The notes under the pieces are model-generated. The model was not told where the DNA came from and searched no databases. It saw only the letters and a program-made list of their open reading frames with translations. From Nitrospirales bacterium (GTDB lineage Bacteria > Nitrospirota > Nitrospiria > Nitrospirales > UBA8639), in NCBI GenBank assembly GCA_963422365.1, contig OY729426.1, positions 1,728,001 through 1,792,000 on the forward strand: a stretch of 64,000 bases of DNA, given 5' to 3'. Positions 39,900 to 51,028 of this stretch are shown in pieces. The position numbers and the translations under genes were made by a program. How positions within the stretch are numbered: the first letter of the stretch is position 1; every line of letters begins with the position of its first letter.

Positions 39900-41000
39900 C
39901 GTCGGCGAGGAGGAGCACGCCCATGCGTTCACTGTGGCGACGGCCCTGCAGGTGGACCTGCTCGCCGAGATCCGCAGCGCCCTCGACACCGCCCTGGCCG
40001 AAGGGCAGACGTTCGCGCAATTCCGTGAGGCCCTGGAGCCGCGCTTGCGGCAGCGGGGCTGGTGGGGCACCCAGCAGGTGACGGACCCGCAGACGGGCGA
40101 GGAGCGCGTGGCGCTCCTGGGGTCACCGTCCCGCCTTCGGCTCATCTTGAACGCTAACGTCAGCACCGCCTACGCCGCCTGGCAGTGGGCGCGCATCGAG
40201 CGCGTGCAGGCGGCGCGGTCTTATTTATCTGCGCTACGTCACCGCCGGGGACGCCCGCGTGCGCCCGGCCCACGCCGCTTGGCACGGGCTGATTCTGCCC
40301 GTGGACCCCTGGTGGACCACCCACTATCCGCCAAGGTGGCGCTGCTGTGTGGTGCCACTCTCCGCTGCCGAGCTGGCGCGGCTGGTCGGTCGGTCGCGTG
40401 CCCCGCGTCGTGACCGCGCCCTGGCGCAACACGGGCACCGGGCAGGTCTCCCGGGGTGCCCGTGGGGATTGATCCCGGCTGGGCGTATCACGTGGGCCGG
40501 GCTGCGGCCGGGCCTGACGTGCTCAAGACGCCGCCTCGCGCCTCGTCGAACAGCTGGAGGCGCAGCCGCCCGCAACCGCGCACGCGGTGACGGCCCCGGG
40601 GCTGGCGAGCCCGGCGTTTGCCGCGTTCTTCCGGCAGCCGATCCCCGGAGCGCAGCCTGTCGCCCGGCTGCCCGAGTCAGTGGCCACCGCCCTCGGCGCG
40701 ACCTCGCCCACTATGCGCCTGTCGGTCTGGACCGCGGCCAAACAAGCCGAACGGCATTCCGACGTGACACCCAGGGATTATCAGCGCCTGCAGCACGTAC
40801 TCGACGTGGGGGCCGTGTTCCAGTCGGCCGAGCGCCCGGGAGTGCTCGGGGGCTTCGTGGCAGAGGATAGCTGCTGGTGGTGCGCCGTGATTAAACGCAC
40901 AACAGACGGGCGGGAAACGTATCCGGTGAGCTACACGCGGGCTCGGCGGCACCAGGTGGAGCAGGGACGGCGGATGTTGAAGCGGGTGGGCGGGGTATAG
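39900..41000 (+). pseudogene. Phage Mu gpF-like minor head protein with a C-terminal PBECR2-like domain, frameshifted
   Basis: HAHAFTVA...QFREALEPRLRQRGWWG...GSPSRLRLI, RPAHAAWHGLILPVDPWWTTHYPP, WCAVIKRTTDGRETY. Confidence 0.8.
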
Positions 41001-41488
41001 GTGGCGCCGGGCGGGCCGCAGCCACCCCGCGCTGCCCCGAAGGATCAGGTCATGACGAACATGACTCCGGCGCCACGAACACGCTCCCCTCTCGCCCCGA
41101 GGCCGTCAAGCCGGCAGCGGGGTAGGGGGGTGTGGAAGGATGAAGGCAGCAGGGGGAAGGGACAGGGCCGCCGTGCCCGCCCTGTGCGCGACGCTCAGAG
41201 CCTGGCTGCCGACCCCCGGGAGGCCGCATGAGCTCTGGCCTGGCAGTCTACGATGAGAGGGGCGTCGCCACGTTTCAGCAGCGCCGTGTCTACCCACGCG
41301 TGGTGGCGGCGTTTTCGACGGCGGCGAATCGGGCGGGGGCTCGGCAGGTGCCGGGGATGCAATCCCACAGATCGGGTGCTGCTGATGGCAGAGCGGGTGG
41401 CCGACTACGATGCCCGAGTGACCATCTTGACCGTCTCCGTGAGGGGGGCGAGGGTCTCGTGGACGAAGGTGCGGACCGCGGGGACGGG

Positions 41489-42049
41489 GCGGACAACCCG
41501 AGCCGTTCATTGTGCAAGATTTCGGAAATTTACGATACGATTGCCTTCTCGGGGGCGGGGCAATACAGTGAATTTGAACAGCTGCGCACGGCCGGCATCC
41601 GACACGCCGATTTAAAAGGGTTTCTGTATAGCCGTGAAGACGTCACGGCTCGTGCGTTGGCCAATGCCTATTCGCAAACCCTGGGCACGATTTTCAGTCA
41701 AGACCTGAAACCCTTTGAAGTCGAAATTCTGTTAGCCCAAATCGGGAACGGGTCTCGGGAGACGGAGTTGTATCGCATTGCGTTCGATGGGTCCATTTGC
41801 CACGAACAACAATGTGTGGCCATCGGAGGACGGGCCGAGGCGTTGGTTGCGGCCCGTCGCTCGCAGGGGGGCGGGAGCATGCCGGATCTGCAAGCCGCCC
41901 TGCTTCATGGCATGAAGGCTCTTGACACCGCCACGAATCAGAACGTGTCCCTTGAAGGTCTCGAGGTGGCGGTCCTTGATCGAACGCGTGTCGGGCGTCG
42001 TAAGTTTCGTCGGGTTGCCTTTGAAGAGGCCAGGGCCCTTCTCTCCTAA
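41489..42049 (+). pseudogene. prcA: 20S proteasome alpha subunit, 5'-truncated and fused in frame to phage sequence
   Basis: NPSRSLCKISEIYDTIAF, YSEFEQLR, YSREDVTARALANAYSQTLGTIF, KPFEVEI, LEVAVLDR; native N-terminus absent. Confidence 0.85.
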
Positions 42050-42312
42050 TCCCTCCTCCTTCTTGTTTGGCTGCGATTCGGTTGAAAGCGGGACGCGAAG
42101 CAGGATTGACAGCATGAACTCACCCTGGAGGTCTTCTTGGGCGAGGATACACTGGTGTAGTGTGTAAAGCCCAAGAAAGGCACCCCCCTAGAGACCGGCA
42201 CGTTTCGAGCATTCCCCCCCTGTGTCAGATCCAGCCCTGCCTGAAAAGCCGGGGCGCCCTGCTCGCTGTCTGCCGACCTCTTGCAGTGGGGGGGGGATGG
42301 CCGAGGCCCCTT

Positions 42313-44042
42313 CCTCCCTACAAGCCCACCGTCCAGGAGAACACGATGCCGTGCTCAGTGGCGCTGTCAAGGGTGGTTTGCTGTATCCCCTCGAGGCTGA
42401 GGGCCATGGCCTCGTGGACCTGGAGGTGGCCGCCCAGCCGATACCGGCTGGTGGCCGGCCCGGTGGCGACGCCCCCGTAGGGCGTCACCAGCCACCCGGG
42501 CTGGCGCAGGGCCAGCCCATAGCCAACGTCCGCCGTCAGCCGGCCCACGGCCCCGCCCGCGGGCGCCCCGTTGCCGGCCGGCCCGGCCTCACGGCCCCAC
42601 AACTGCTCCACGCCACTGGCCGGGGTGCCCCACGTCGGCTCGAACGCCACCCACAGCCCCTGCCCCCCCAGCCCCTCTCCTACTTTCACGGCGAGACTGC
42701 CGCCCCAAGCCTCAAAGTCCGTTGCCTGATGCGCCAGCAGATACCGGCCGCGAGCCGCGAGACTCACCCCCCACCACCTCTGCTGATACTCGACCCCGCC
42801 GCTGAGCTCTGCTCCCATCCCCGTCTCGGCGTCGCCGTTGTCCCAGCGCCCCCCCAGCTCCACACTGGGCTGCAGGGCCGACTCTGGTGACAGGGCGACG
42901 TCCGTCTTCATCGCCAGCGCCACCCGCGCCCGGTGCGCCACCCCGGTCACCGCCGCCAGCCCCGCGGCTTCGTCCGCTTTCACCCGCACGGCAAACGCAT
43001 CGGATTTTACCGCCACCTCGATCCCGTGCCACGTGGTCAGCGCCTGCCGCCCGCCTACCGCGGCCAGCAGCAACTGAACGTCCGTCTCCACGCGCCCGGC
43101 GGCGTCTTGCACCTCCAGCTCCCCTACGCCCGCGCCCGCGAGGCCCCACAGCCCAAGCCCCGGAGACGGCGTGTAGTGGACATAGGGCAGCACGCTGGTC
43201 ATGGCTAGGTCTACCTCGCCCCGGATGCCCCCTCGCTCGCCGCTGACCAGGAGAAAGTCCCCCGCGACCTCGTAGTCCAGGCCCCCCACGCTGTGCGACA
43301 CCGCGACGCCCGCTAGCCCCTTCTGCCCGAACCGGTAGTCCAGTCCTACGTAGCCCGTGTAGACCGCCCCGTCGGTCTCCAGGAGCTGACTGGAAAAGCC
43401 GCTGGCCGCCCCCGTGCCCCAGAAGGTCCAGCCCGTTGTCAATTCACCCTCGTTCGTCCTGGTCAACGGCACGGCAAACTCGCTGCGCGCAAACACGTCC
43501 GTGGCCGCAAGTCGCGGGGACCGGCTCGGGGCCACCCGGCCCTCGGCCGCTCGGCCTCGGCCGGCCGAGTCCCGGCTCGCTCCCGTCAGGCCCAGCACCC
43601 CGCCCAACACCCCCGCTACGGACCGGATGTCCAGGGCGGGGACTGCCGTGCCCCCCACCGTGACCGCCGGCTTCCCAACCGGCGGCGCCCCAAACCGGCG
43701 CCCGATCACGGCCACCGCCTCGGTGGCGGCTGTCCGCCCGAACGCCGCGAGGGCCACCGTGAGCGCCCGGGAACGGTGCGTCACCTCAGCAGCCTGCACC
43801 GTCACCCTGAAGTGCAACTGCCCCGTCTGGCCATCGGCGTCCGTGGCCGTGTCGGTGAACCGCGTCTTCGCCACCGCCTCCGTGGGCGTGCCGGTGATGG
43901 TGCGCGCCTTTGCCTCAAAACTGAGCCCCGCCGGGAGAGCCGGACTCAGCCGGTAGGTGATCGGCCCGTCTCCCCCCGTGGCTGCCGGCAGCCGCACGTC
44001 AACGGCCTCGCCAACCGTCCAGTTGTACTCCTCAATCGAGGC
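42313..44042. repeat. About 1.73-kb near-identical direct repeat, copy 2
   Basis: Matches 4258-5987. Confidence 0.95.
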
Positions 44043-47000
44043 TGCCCCGAAACCCGGCAGGGGCGACCCCACGACAAACACCGAAAAGCTGCCTGTTTCG
44101 CCGCAGACATACCCGCGGGGCGCCGCTGCCGGCGACAGTTTCTCCCACGTCTGGGCCTTATCGGCAAGATGATACACAAACAGCGTCCCCGACAGCCCGG
44201 CGGGCTGCTGCAGACAGACCGTGGCCGCTGAGGCGAGCGGCGCGTCCAGCCGGATCTCCAGGGAGGCCGGCTCGGCCCCAAAGGTCACCCCGGCCGGCAG
44301 CGTCAACTGCACCCCCGCCCCGTCTACCTGTGTGGTGATGGTGTAGCCCTCTATCTTGGTCGTGCCCAGGACAACCCCGGTGAGTGCAACGAAGAACGCG
44401 CCCGTCGAGGTGACCACCACATCATCAGGCTTGAGCCCATTGTAGTGGCTGTCGCGACTGGCTGCGATACCCAGTTCGATCTTGTACGACTGCTCGCCAT
44501 CATCCAACCGGTCATCCACCCCGGTGACCGTGATCACCTGCGCGGTGGCCCAGTTGTGGGGGGTGAAGACCAGGCGGCTCGTGTCAACAGTGCCTTCACT
44601 CACGTCGGAACTCGAGACGGTGAGGGTGACCTCGGCCGTGGGCTGGCTGTCTAACACCACGCTGACGCTGTCGCGACTCCCCCCTTCGGTGGTCACGGTG
44701 TGGCCATCCGTCTCGGTGACGGTGATGCCGGCCACGTCGTCATCCGTCAGCGTGACGGCCACGTCGGGAATGCGCACCGCGTCGTAGCCGCCCCCAGAGA
44801 CGGTATGGGTGATGGTGGTGCGTCGGTCTCCCCCATCAACGTGGTCGTCCACGCCGGTGACCGCGAGGCTCTGTGGCTCGGCCCAGGTATCAGCGGTGAA
44901 GGTGATGGATGAAGGGGTGACGGTGGCTACGCCGGTCTTCCCGCTGGTGGGAATGATGGTGACGGCGCCGGTCGGCTGGCTTTGCAGGACGATTTGGTAG
45001 TAGGTGCGGTGCATGGCGCCGTCGGCCTCGGTGACGGTCAGGGTGTCCCCGGCAAAGCCGAAGAGCCGGGCCGCTACCGTGTCGTCATCCGTCAGCGTGA
45101 CGGCCACGTCGGGGATACGTACCGCGTCATAGCCCCCCCCGGTGACGGTATGGGTAATGGTCGTCCGGCGATCCGCATCAACGCGGTCATCCACCCCGGT
45201 GACGGTGACGGCCTGGGCCGTGTCCCAGGTGGCGGGGGTGAAGGTGATGGATGAGGGGGTGATGGTGGCCACGCCGGGCTCGCCGCTGGTCGGGGTGATG
45301 GTGACGGCGCTACTCGGCTGGGCCGTGAGCCCCACGGTGTAGGTGGCGGTGCGCCCGGCACCACTGGCTTCGGTGACCGTGACACGGGTGTCGGATAACG
45401 TGACGCCCAGGGGGTCGGCGTCACGGGTGTGGGTGGCCCCCTCCACGGTTCGGGTCCCGACGACAACCGGCGACCCACTTCGCAGGCTGCTGCAGATGTC
45501 CCCCGGTCGCCGGGCCTGATGCTCGGGGCCGGCCCCGGCCAGTGCTTCCCACTCACGGCCCTGCTCGGCCAGGTGATAGACCGCGGCATGGCCCGACAGC
45601 CCGGCCGGCCGGTGCAGACAGACCGTGGCCGGTGAGGCTGAGGGCAGCGGCGGGTCTAGCTCCACGTTCACGTAGGCCGCTGCCGCTCCAAAGGTCACCC
45701 CAGCCTGCGGTGCCGGGACGGCTGCCCGCGGCGGCCTCGAGAAGGTGACCCGGGTGACGCCGTGTGCAGACGGCAGCGTCAGCCCCACCCCCGTGCCGCC
45801 CACCGTGGCGGTGATGCGGTCGCCCGTGATGTCGAGCGTGCCCGGGTCCGCCCCGATGACGGTGAGCCCCCCGGCCGCCGCCGCTCTCGTCACTCTGCCG
45901 GCCCTCGGCGTGGCCCGGACAACATCCGACGGGGGACCCACGATACCGTTGTTGCCCACCGCACGAACGCGGAAGGTGTAGGCTAGACCATTGGTCAGAC
46001 TACTCACCACGTGACGGACGGTGTTGGCATCGCTGCCCGATAGTCAACCCAGCCATCGGCAGGCTCGGCATTGCCAGTCCATTGTTTATATTGATAGCCG
46101 GTACAGAGGGTGGGATTGGTCGGATCACTCCAGCGTAACGTCACTTCCCCCTCGCCCGCCACGGCCCTGAGGGCGGGCTGGCCCGGCGTGGCCCCGGGGA
46201 TTACGACGGCGGTGTAGGGGGACTGCGACCCCGTCACCTTGCCCGCGACCGCCCGAATGCGAAAGCTGTATTTCACCCCGTTGGTCAGCCCACTCACGGT
46301 ATAGCCGGTGGTGGCTTTGTCGCTGCCCGGGATGTCGCTCCAAGCACTCCAACTGCCTCGCTCCCCACCGCCCGTCCATTGCCGAATCTGATAGCCGGTG
46401 ATGTCGCGGTTGTTGGGATTGGCCCAGGTTAACGTTATTTCACCGTCGCCGGCCACCGCCTGAGGGCGGGCGGGGGTGTTCGGCGGCGGCGCCACCGGGC
46501 TCGCTTGCACGCGGTTGGACTCGGTCACCACAAACCCGTTCGTCAACCCACGAAGCCGGAAATTGTACGGCACGCTGTTGGTCAGCCCCGTCACGATGTA
46601 GTAGGCGTGTCTGGTGTTGATCGTGGCGGAAATGTCCCGCCAGGCCCCCGTCTCGCTCGGGCCGCTCCAGTATTTGATCTGGTATTTGGTGATGGTGGTG
46701 TCCTTCTGATCCCTCAGACTCGGATCACGCCAGATCAACTCGACTTGTCTGTACCCGGCCTGCGCACTGATTGCAGTCGGCGCGGCCTGCACCGGCGGGA
46801 CCGCCGGTGTGGCACTAGTGGAACGGGACTTCACTCCGGCAACCCGCCCGACCAGCGCCCGAAGGCGGAAGTGGTATTTGGTGCCGTTGGTCAACCCCGT
46901 CACCACGTGGCTGATGGTGTCTTTGTCACTGCCCGACACCTCGCTCCAGCGGCCGCTCTCGGGGGTGCCACTCCAGTATTTATATTGATACCCGGTGATG

Positions 47001-49237
47001 GCAAGATTGTTGGGATTGTCCCAGGTTAATGTCACTTGGCCGTTGCCAATGACCTTCGCAAGGCCGGTGGGTTTGGGCGGCGCCGCCGCTGGCGCCGCGA
47101 CCAGCTTGACCCCGATGACACTGGATGCCGGCCCATGAACATAGTCACCGGCCACCGCCCGAAGGCGAAAGTAGTATTTCACGCCGGCGGGTAACCCGGT
47201 CACCACGTGCCGGATGGTGTCTTTGTCGCTGCCCGGAATGTCGCTCCAGGCATTCCAGTCGGGTTTACTCCCGACGTGTGCAATCGGCACGCCCCGCCGC
47301 CGGATCTGATATTTGATAATGGCACCATTATTGGGATGACCCCAGCTTAACGTGACTTGTCCGTCGCCACGTACCGCGGTGACGACAGGCCTGTTGCTAG
47401 GCGCGGTCGGCGTGCGCCCCGGGGTCACGGTCATCACGTCGGACGGCGCCCCCGTCACATTGCCGGCCACCGCCCGAAGGCGAAAGTGATACTCTGTGCC
47501 GTCGGTCAGTTTCCGTACCACGCGCTTCTCTGTAATCGCAGTTATGGCACCTGAAAAGTCAACCCAGCCGCCGGCAGGCTCGGTCTTGCCCGTCCATCGT
47601 TTATACTGATACCCGGTGATGGCAGCATTGTTGGGATCGGTCCACCGAAACTTGACTTTGCCACTGCGCGCAATCACTGTGAGCCCGACAGGGGCCGCCG
47701 GGGGGGGGTACTGTAGAGGAGGTCACTGTCACTGTAGAGGTGGCAGCAGAGGTGAGTGATTCGGCGGCGCCGCCAGCATCGGTCCAGCTGACGGTGACGG
47801 TGATGGCGGCCCCAACATCGGCTTGCTTCAGGACGTAGGTGTTGCCGTTGGCGCCGCTGATGGCGGTGCTATCGCGTTTCCACTGATAGCTAAATATCAA
47901 ATTACTGGGGCCATCGGGGTCGGAGATGCCGGCAGTCGCTGCGATCAGTGTCTGGCCCTGGGTGGCGGTGCCGGTGATGGTGCCGGTCGGGGAGTCGTTT
48001 ATGTTCGCTACGTTCGCTGTCGCAACAGAGGTGAGAGATTCGGCGGTGCCGCCGGTATCGGTCCATCTGACGGTGACGGTGATGACCGCCCCGACGTCGG
48101 CTTGCGTCAGGGTATAGGTGCTGCCGGTGGCACTGCTGATGTCAGTCGTCAGCACGTGGGTGCTGCCGCCACTGATGACAGTCACGCCGCGCTTCCATTG
48201 GTAGGTGAAGGTTAGACTGCTGGGGCCGTCGGGGTCGGAGATCGTGCTGGTATCCGCGGTAAGCGTCTGGCCCTGGGTGGCGGTGCCGGTGATGGTGACG
48301 GTGCCGGTCGGGGCGCTGTTATCATTATCGGTCAGGGTAACGCTGACGTTGGGGATGACCACTGAGCCGTAGCCGCCGCCACTGATTGCATGGGTGATGG
48401 TGGTGCTGCGGTCGGCACTGGTGCTGTCGTCCACGCCGGTGACGGTGATGGGCTGTGCCGTATTCCAGTTGGCAGTGGTAAACCTCAGGGCCGCAGACAC
48501 GGTGGCCACGCCGGTATCGCTGCTGGCGGGGGTGACGGTGACGGTGCCCGTGGGTTGGGTGTCCAGTACGACGGTGTAGGTAGCGGTATTACTGCTGCCG
48601 CTGGCTTCGGTGACGGTGACACTGCTTTTCGATACGGTGACGCCGGCGGTATCGTTGTCGTTATAGCTCACTTCTAAATCAAAGGTATCCGACCCGCCAC
48701 TGATGAAGCCACCGCCGGACGGAGTATGCCAGATGACGAGTTCAGGTATACTGCCATGATCGACTTGGTTATCCACGACGGTGACGGTGACGGTCTGCGG
48801 GGTGTTCCAGTTGGTTCTGTTGAAGGTCAGGGAGGCCTGGGACACGGTGACTTGAGTATCATCTTCGCTTGCGAGCGCTACGGTCACGTTCCCGGTCGGT
48901 TGTTGATTCAGTTTCACGGTGTAGGTGCGAGAGCTCGGGTATGTTTCGTCAGTACCTGTGCCACCTTCTGCCAGATTTGTTATCTGCGCTACGGAAAACG
49001 TGAGGGCGATGAATCCAAACTGTGCGGCGACCGGCAGGACACAGATGAGAGAGAGGATCAGGCCGAGGGTCGCGGCGAGGTACCGCCGGGGTTCAGAAGT
49101 TAGGGTGCCGAACAGAAATTTCAGGGGGGGGGGAGGGGGGGGGGGGGGGGGAGGGTGATGAAGGAGGCGGTGAGAGCCCGCAGACCAGGGACGTGGTTCA
49201 ATCTCTTCACAGGGTGAAAGTGTCGGTGTCGGTTCAT
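42318..49237 (-). pseudogene. Giant surface adhesin 2 (about 2300 aa if repaired): signal peptide, Calx-beta/cadherin-like domains, 2 Ig-like repeats, about 6 FN3, He_PIG-like domain, beta-barrel; three frameshifts
   Basis: GGAGG-led ATG at 49237; breaks at the 49124-49151 tract, the 47700-47708 tract and near 46041; ORFs 47601-48917, 46004-47677 and 42318-46010 are domain-contiguous. Confidence 0.8.
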
Positions 49238-49789
49238 CACGGCCCTCCGTCCACGTTCAGTCACCACCCTCTCCGTCACACCCTATGATGGGCTGGCTCG
49301 TTCTGATGGCGACTAGCTTTGGTCTGATGAGGTCTTTCCTCCGGTGACTTGCTTCAGGTCGGACCACTATATCCCATCACCGTCCCGGTCGTCAACCGTC
49401 CCTCTTCGTTCTCCCTGAACGTAACGCCTCCCTTTCACTCACAAGCCGCTAGGCGCAAACGGATGGGGCGGCCCTCTCACCACCACACACCGCACGGGCT
49501 TGCCCCGCCAAGGCCGCTGACGCCTCGTCGTCGTCAGCTGAAGGCGTCAGCTCTCCAAGAGGGCGTCGCTCTTCGATGGCAGGCTCAGGCGCCTCTTCCA
49601 GGCAACAGAAAATGCCGCTCTGCCAAGGCGGCATGACAGCCGGGAGCCGCATGCCGCCCGGCCTTGTCTCCGAGCAGGCATGCCGCCGCTACAGATTCGT
49701 TCGCTGCGTTCCGCATGAGAGAAGACGGGGGCAGGCTCGCAAGAGCCCGGAGCGTCACGGCCAACCCCGGGGGGGGGCACGGCTACAAG

Positions 49790-49946
49790 GATTCCGGATT
49801 GTGCAGCGGCGGCGGTTGGTGAATCACGTTGAAATCTTTTTGCGTCACGAAGTGCAGATGAGACTCTTTTTTCCGGTCAAACGGTCGTGGATCACTGAGT
49901 CGCACACCAGAAACGCCTGCACGCTAGGTTTGACAATCTCGTTCAT
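49790..49946 (-). pseudogene. Remnant of a small hypothetical gene
   Basis: MNEIVKPSVQAFLVCDSVIHDRLTGKKSLI, then a premature stop. Confidence 0.5.
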
Positions 49947-50012
49947 CGGAACAGGAACCTCGGCACGAAGACGACCTACCCGATTGCCGAATGCGCAGCC
50001 GGTTGACGGAAA

Positions 50013-50308
50013 TCACATCAGTGCCGTTTGAACGCTGAGATACAGGATCATCACCTCAATGGCATGAGCCATAATAACCGTCACCAAGTTTCGCCATCGC
50101 AAAAAGAGCGCTGCCCAAAGGAATCCATCCCATAGAGCGATCCAGTGGAGATGCCGAAACGTCATCACCAGAAAAGGGTCACAGGCAAATACCAGAGCCA
50201 AGATCAGCATCGCAAGCACGGACCCATCGACAACGTTGCCCACCTCGGTTGCGTGCAAGACCCGGCAGAAGACGGTCTCTACCCACCCAAGCAAAATACC
50301 CGAAAAGT
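50013..50308 (-). pseudogene. CAAX / CPBP intramembrane protease C-terminal fragment
   Basis: WVETVFCR..., FLRWRNLVTVIMAHAIE. Confidence 0.55.
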
Positions 50309-50650
50309 TGGGTACGCATTGATTCAACGGACCGTATCGCCATGTTTTCAGAACAGTTGCCGGATCGGCACGATGACCTGATAAAACACAAGATCTACGA
50401 GAAGTGAGCCGTTGAAGTGAGAGGAGAGAATCATCTTGAGGTCAGCACCAAACGAGTCCGGCGATACCCCATGTTGTTGAATGATGCCTTCATTGATTTC
50501 TCGAAACCCGTGACCGTGGTGACTGATGGTCGAATCAGTTTTCAAGGTCGGGTGACTCCTCGAATCGGAATGCTGCTCCGTCACGTGCGACGGCGTCAGG
50601 ACGTTGATCGCCTCTTTCCCGCTCGCTTGACGATTAATGTCCCGCGATAA
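50309..50650 (+). pseudogene. Probable C-terminal part of the esterase-like gene at 3340-4221
   Basis: WVRIDSTDRIAMFSE...*...NHLEVSTKRVRRYPMLLNDAFIDFSKPVTVVTDGRISFQGRVTP; no native start. Confidence 0.6.
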
Positions 50651-50683
50651 CGTTTCCCTGCACCTGTTCATGCCTCCTTTTGC

Positions 50684-50713
50684 TTGACAAACGGATTTCT
50701 GCTTCCCTACAGT
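50684..50713 (+). promoter_or_regulatory. Putative sigma70 promoter of the btuFCD leader
   Basis: TTGACA-N18-TACAGT just upstream of the riboswitch. Confidence 0.5.
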
Positions 50714-50739
50714 CTTATCACAATCGTAATCTATGGTAC

Positions 50740-50888
50740 GCATGGGTGCAGGGAAGAAGGTGCAACTCCTTCGCGGTCCCGCCGCTGTCACTGGAAACGA
50801 CCCCCGCAAATGCCACTGTCAAAAATCGAGTTTTGATGGGAAGGCGCGGGCAGTAGGTTTGAATCCGGAAGCCAGAAGACCTGCCCGA
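50740..50888 (+). ncRNA. Cobalamin riboswitch
   Basis: AGGGAAGAAGGTGCAACTCC, CCCGCCGCTGT, GCCACTG, GGGAAGG, AGCCAGAAGACCTGCC; upstream of a B12 ABC transporter. Confidence 0.9.
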
Positions 50889-51028
50889 GCGGAGAATCCC
50901 GTTGCCGTTTCAATCGGAGTCATGAACGGGATTCGAGACCTTCGATCCCTCGTGGGCTGGGGAGCGGGTGAGGATGAAGACGCGGGAATAATCCTCAGGG
51001 TCGTTCAGGCCTTGGGGATTTTTTTATT

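Larger units (their letters stand above)
39089..41488. mobile_element. Degraded Mu-like prophage fragments (tail-tip C-terminus, MuF head protein, small tail protein)
   Basis: Abrupt rise in GC; phage-like fragments on both strands. Confidence 0.75.

Noticed and set aside
39089..49787. Composite transposon bounded by TGTAGCCG...CGGCTACA
   Set aside because: Only an 8-bp match, the flanks (CCATC / AGGAT) are not duplicated, and the same 8-mer also occurs near 20707
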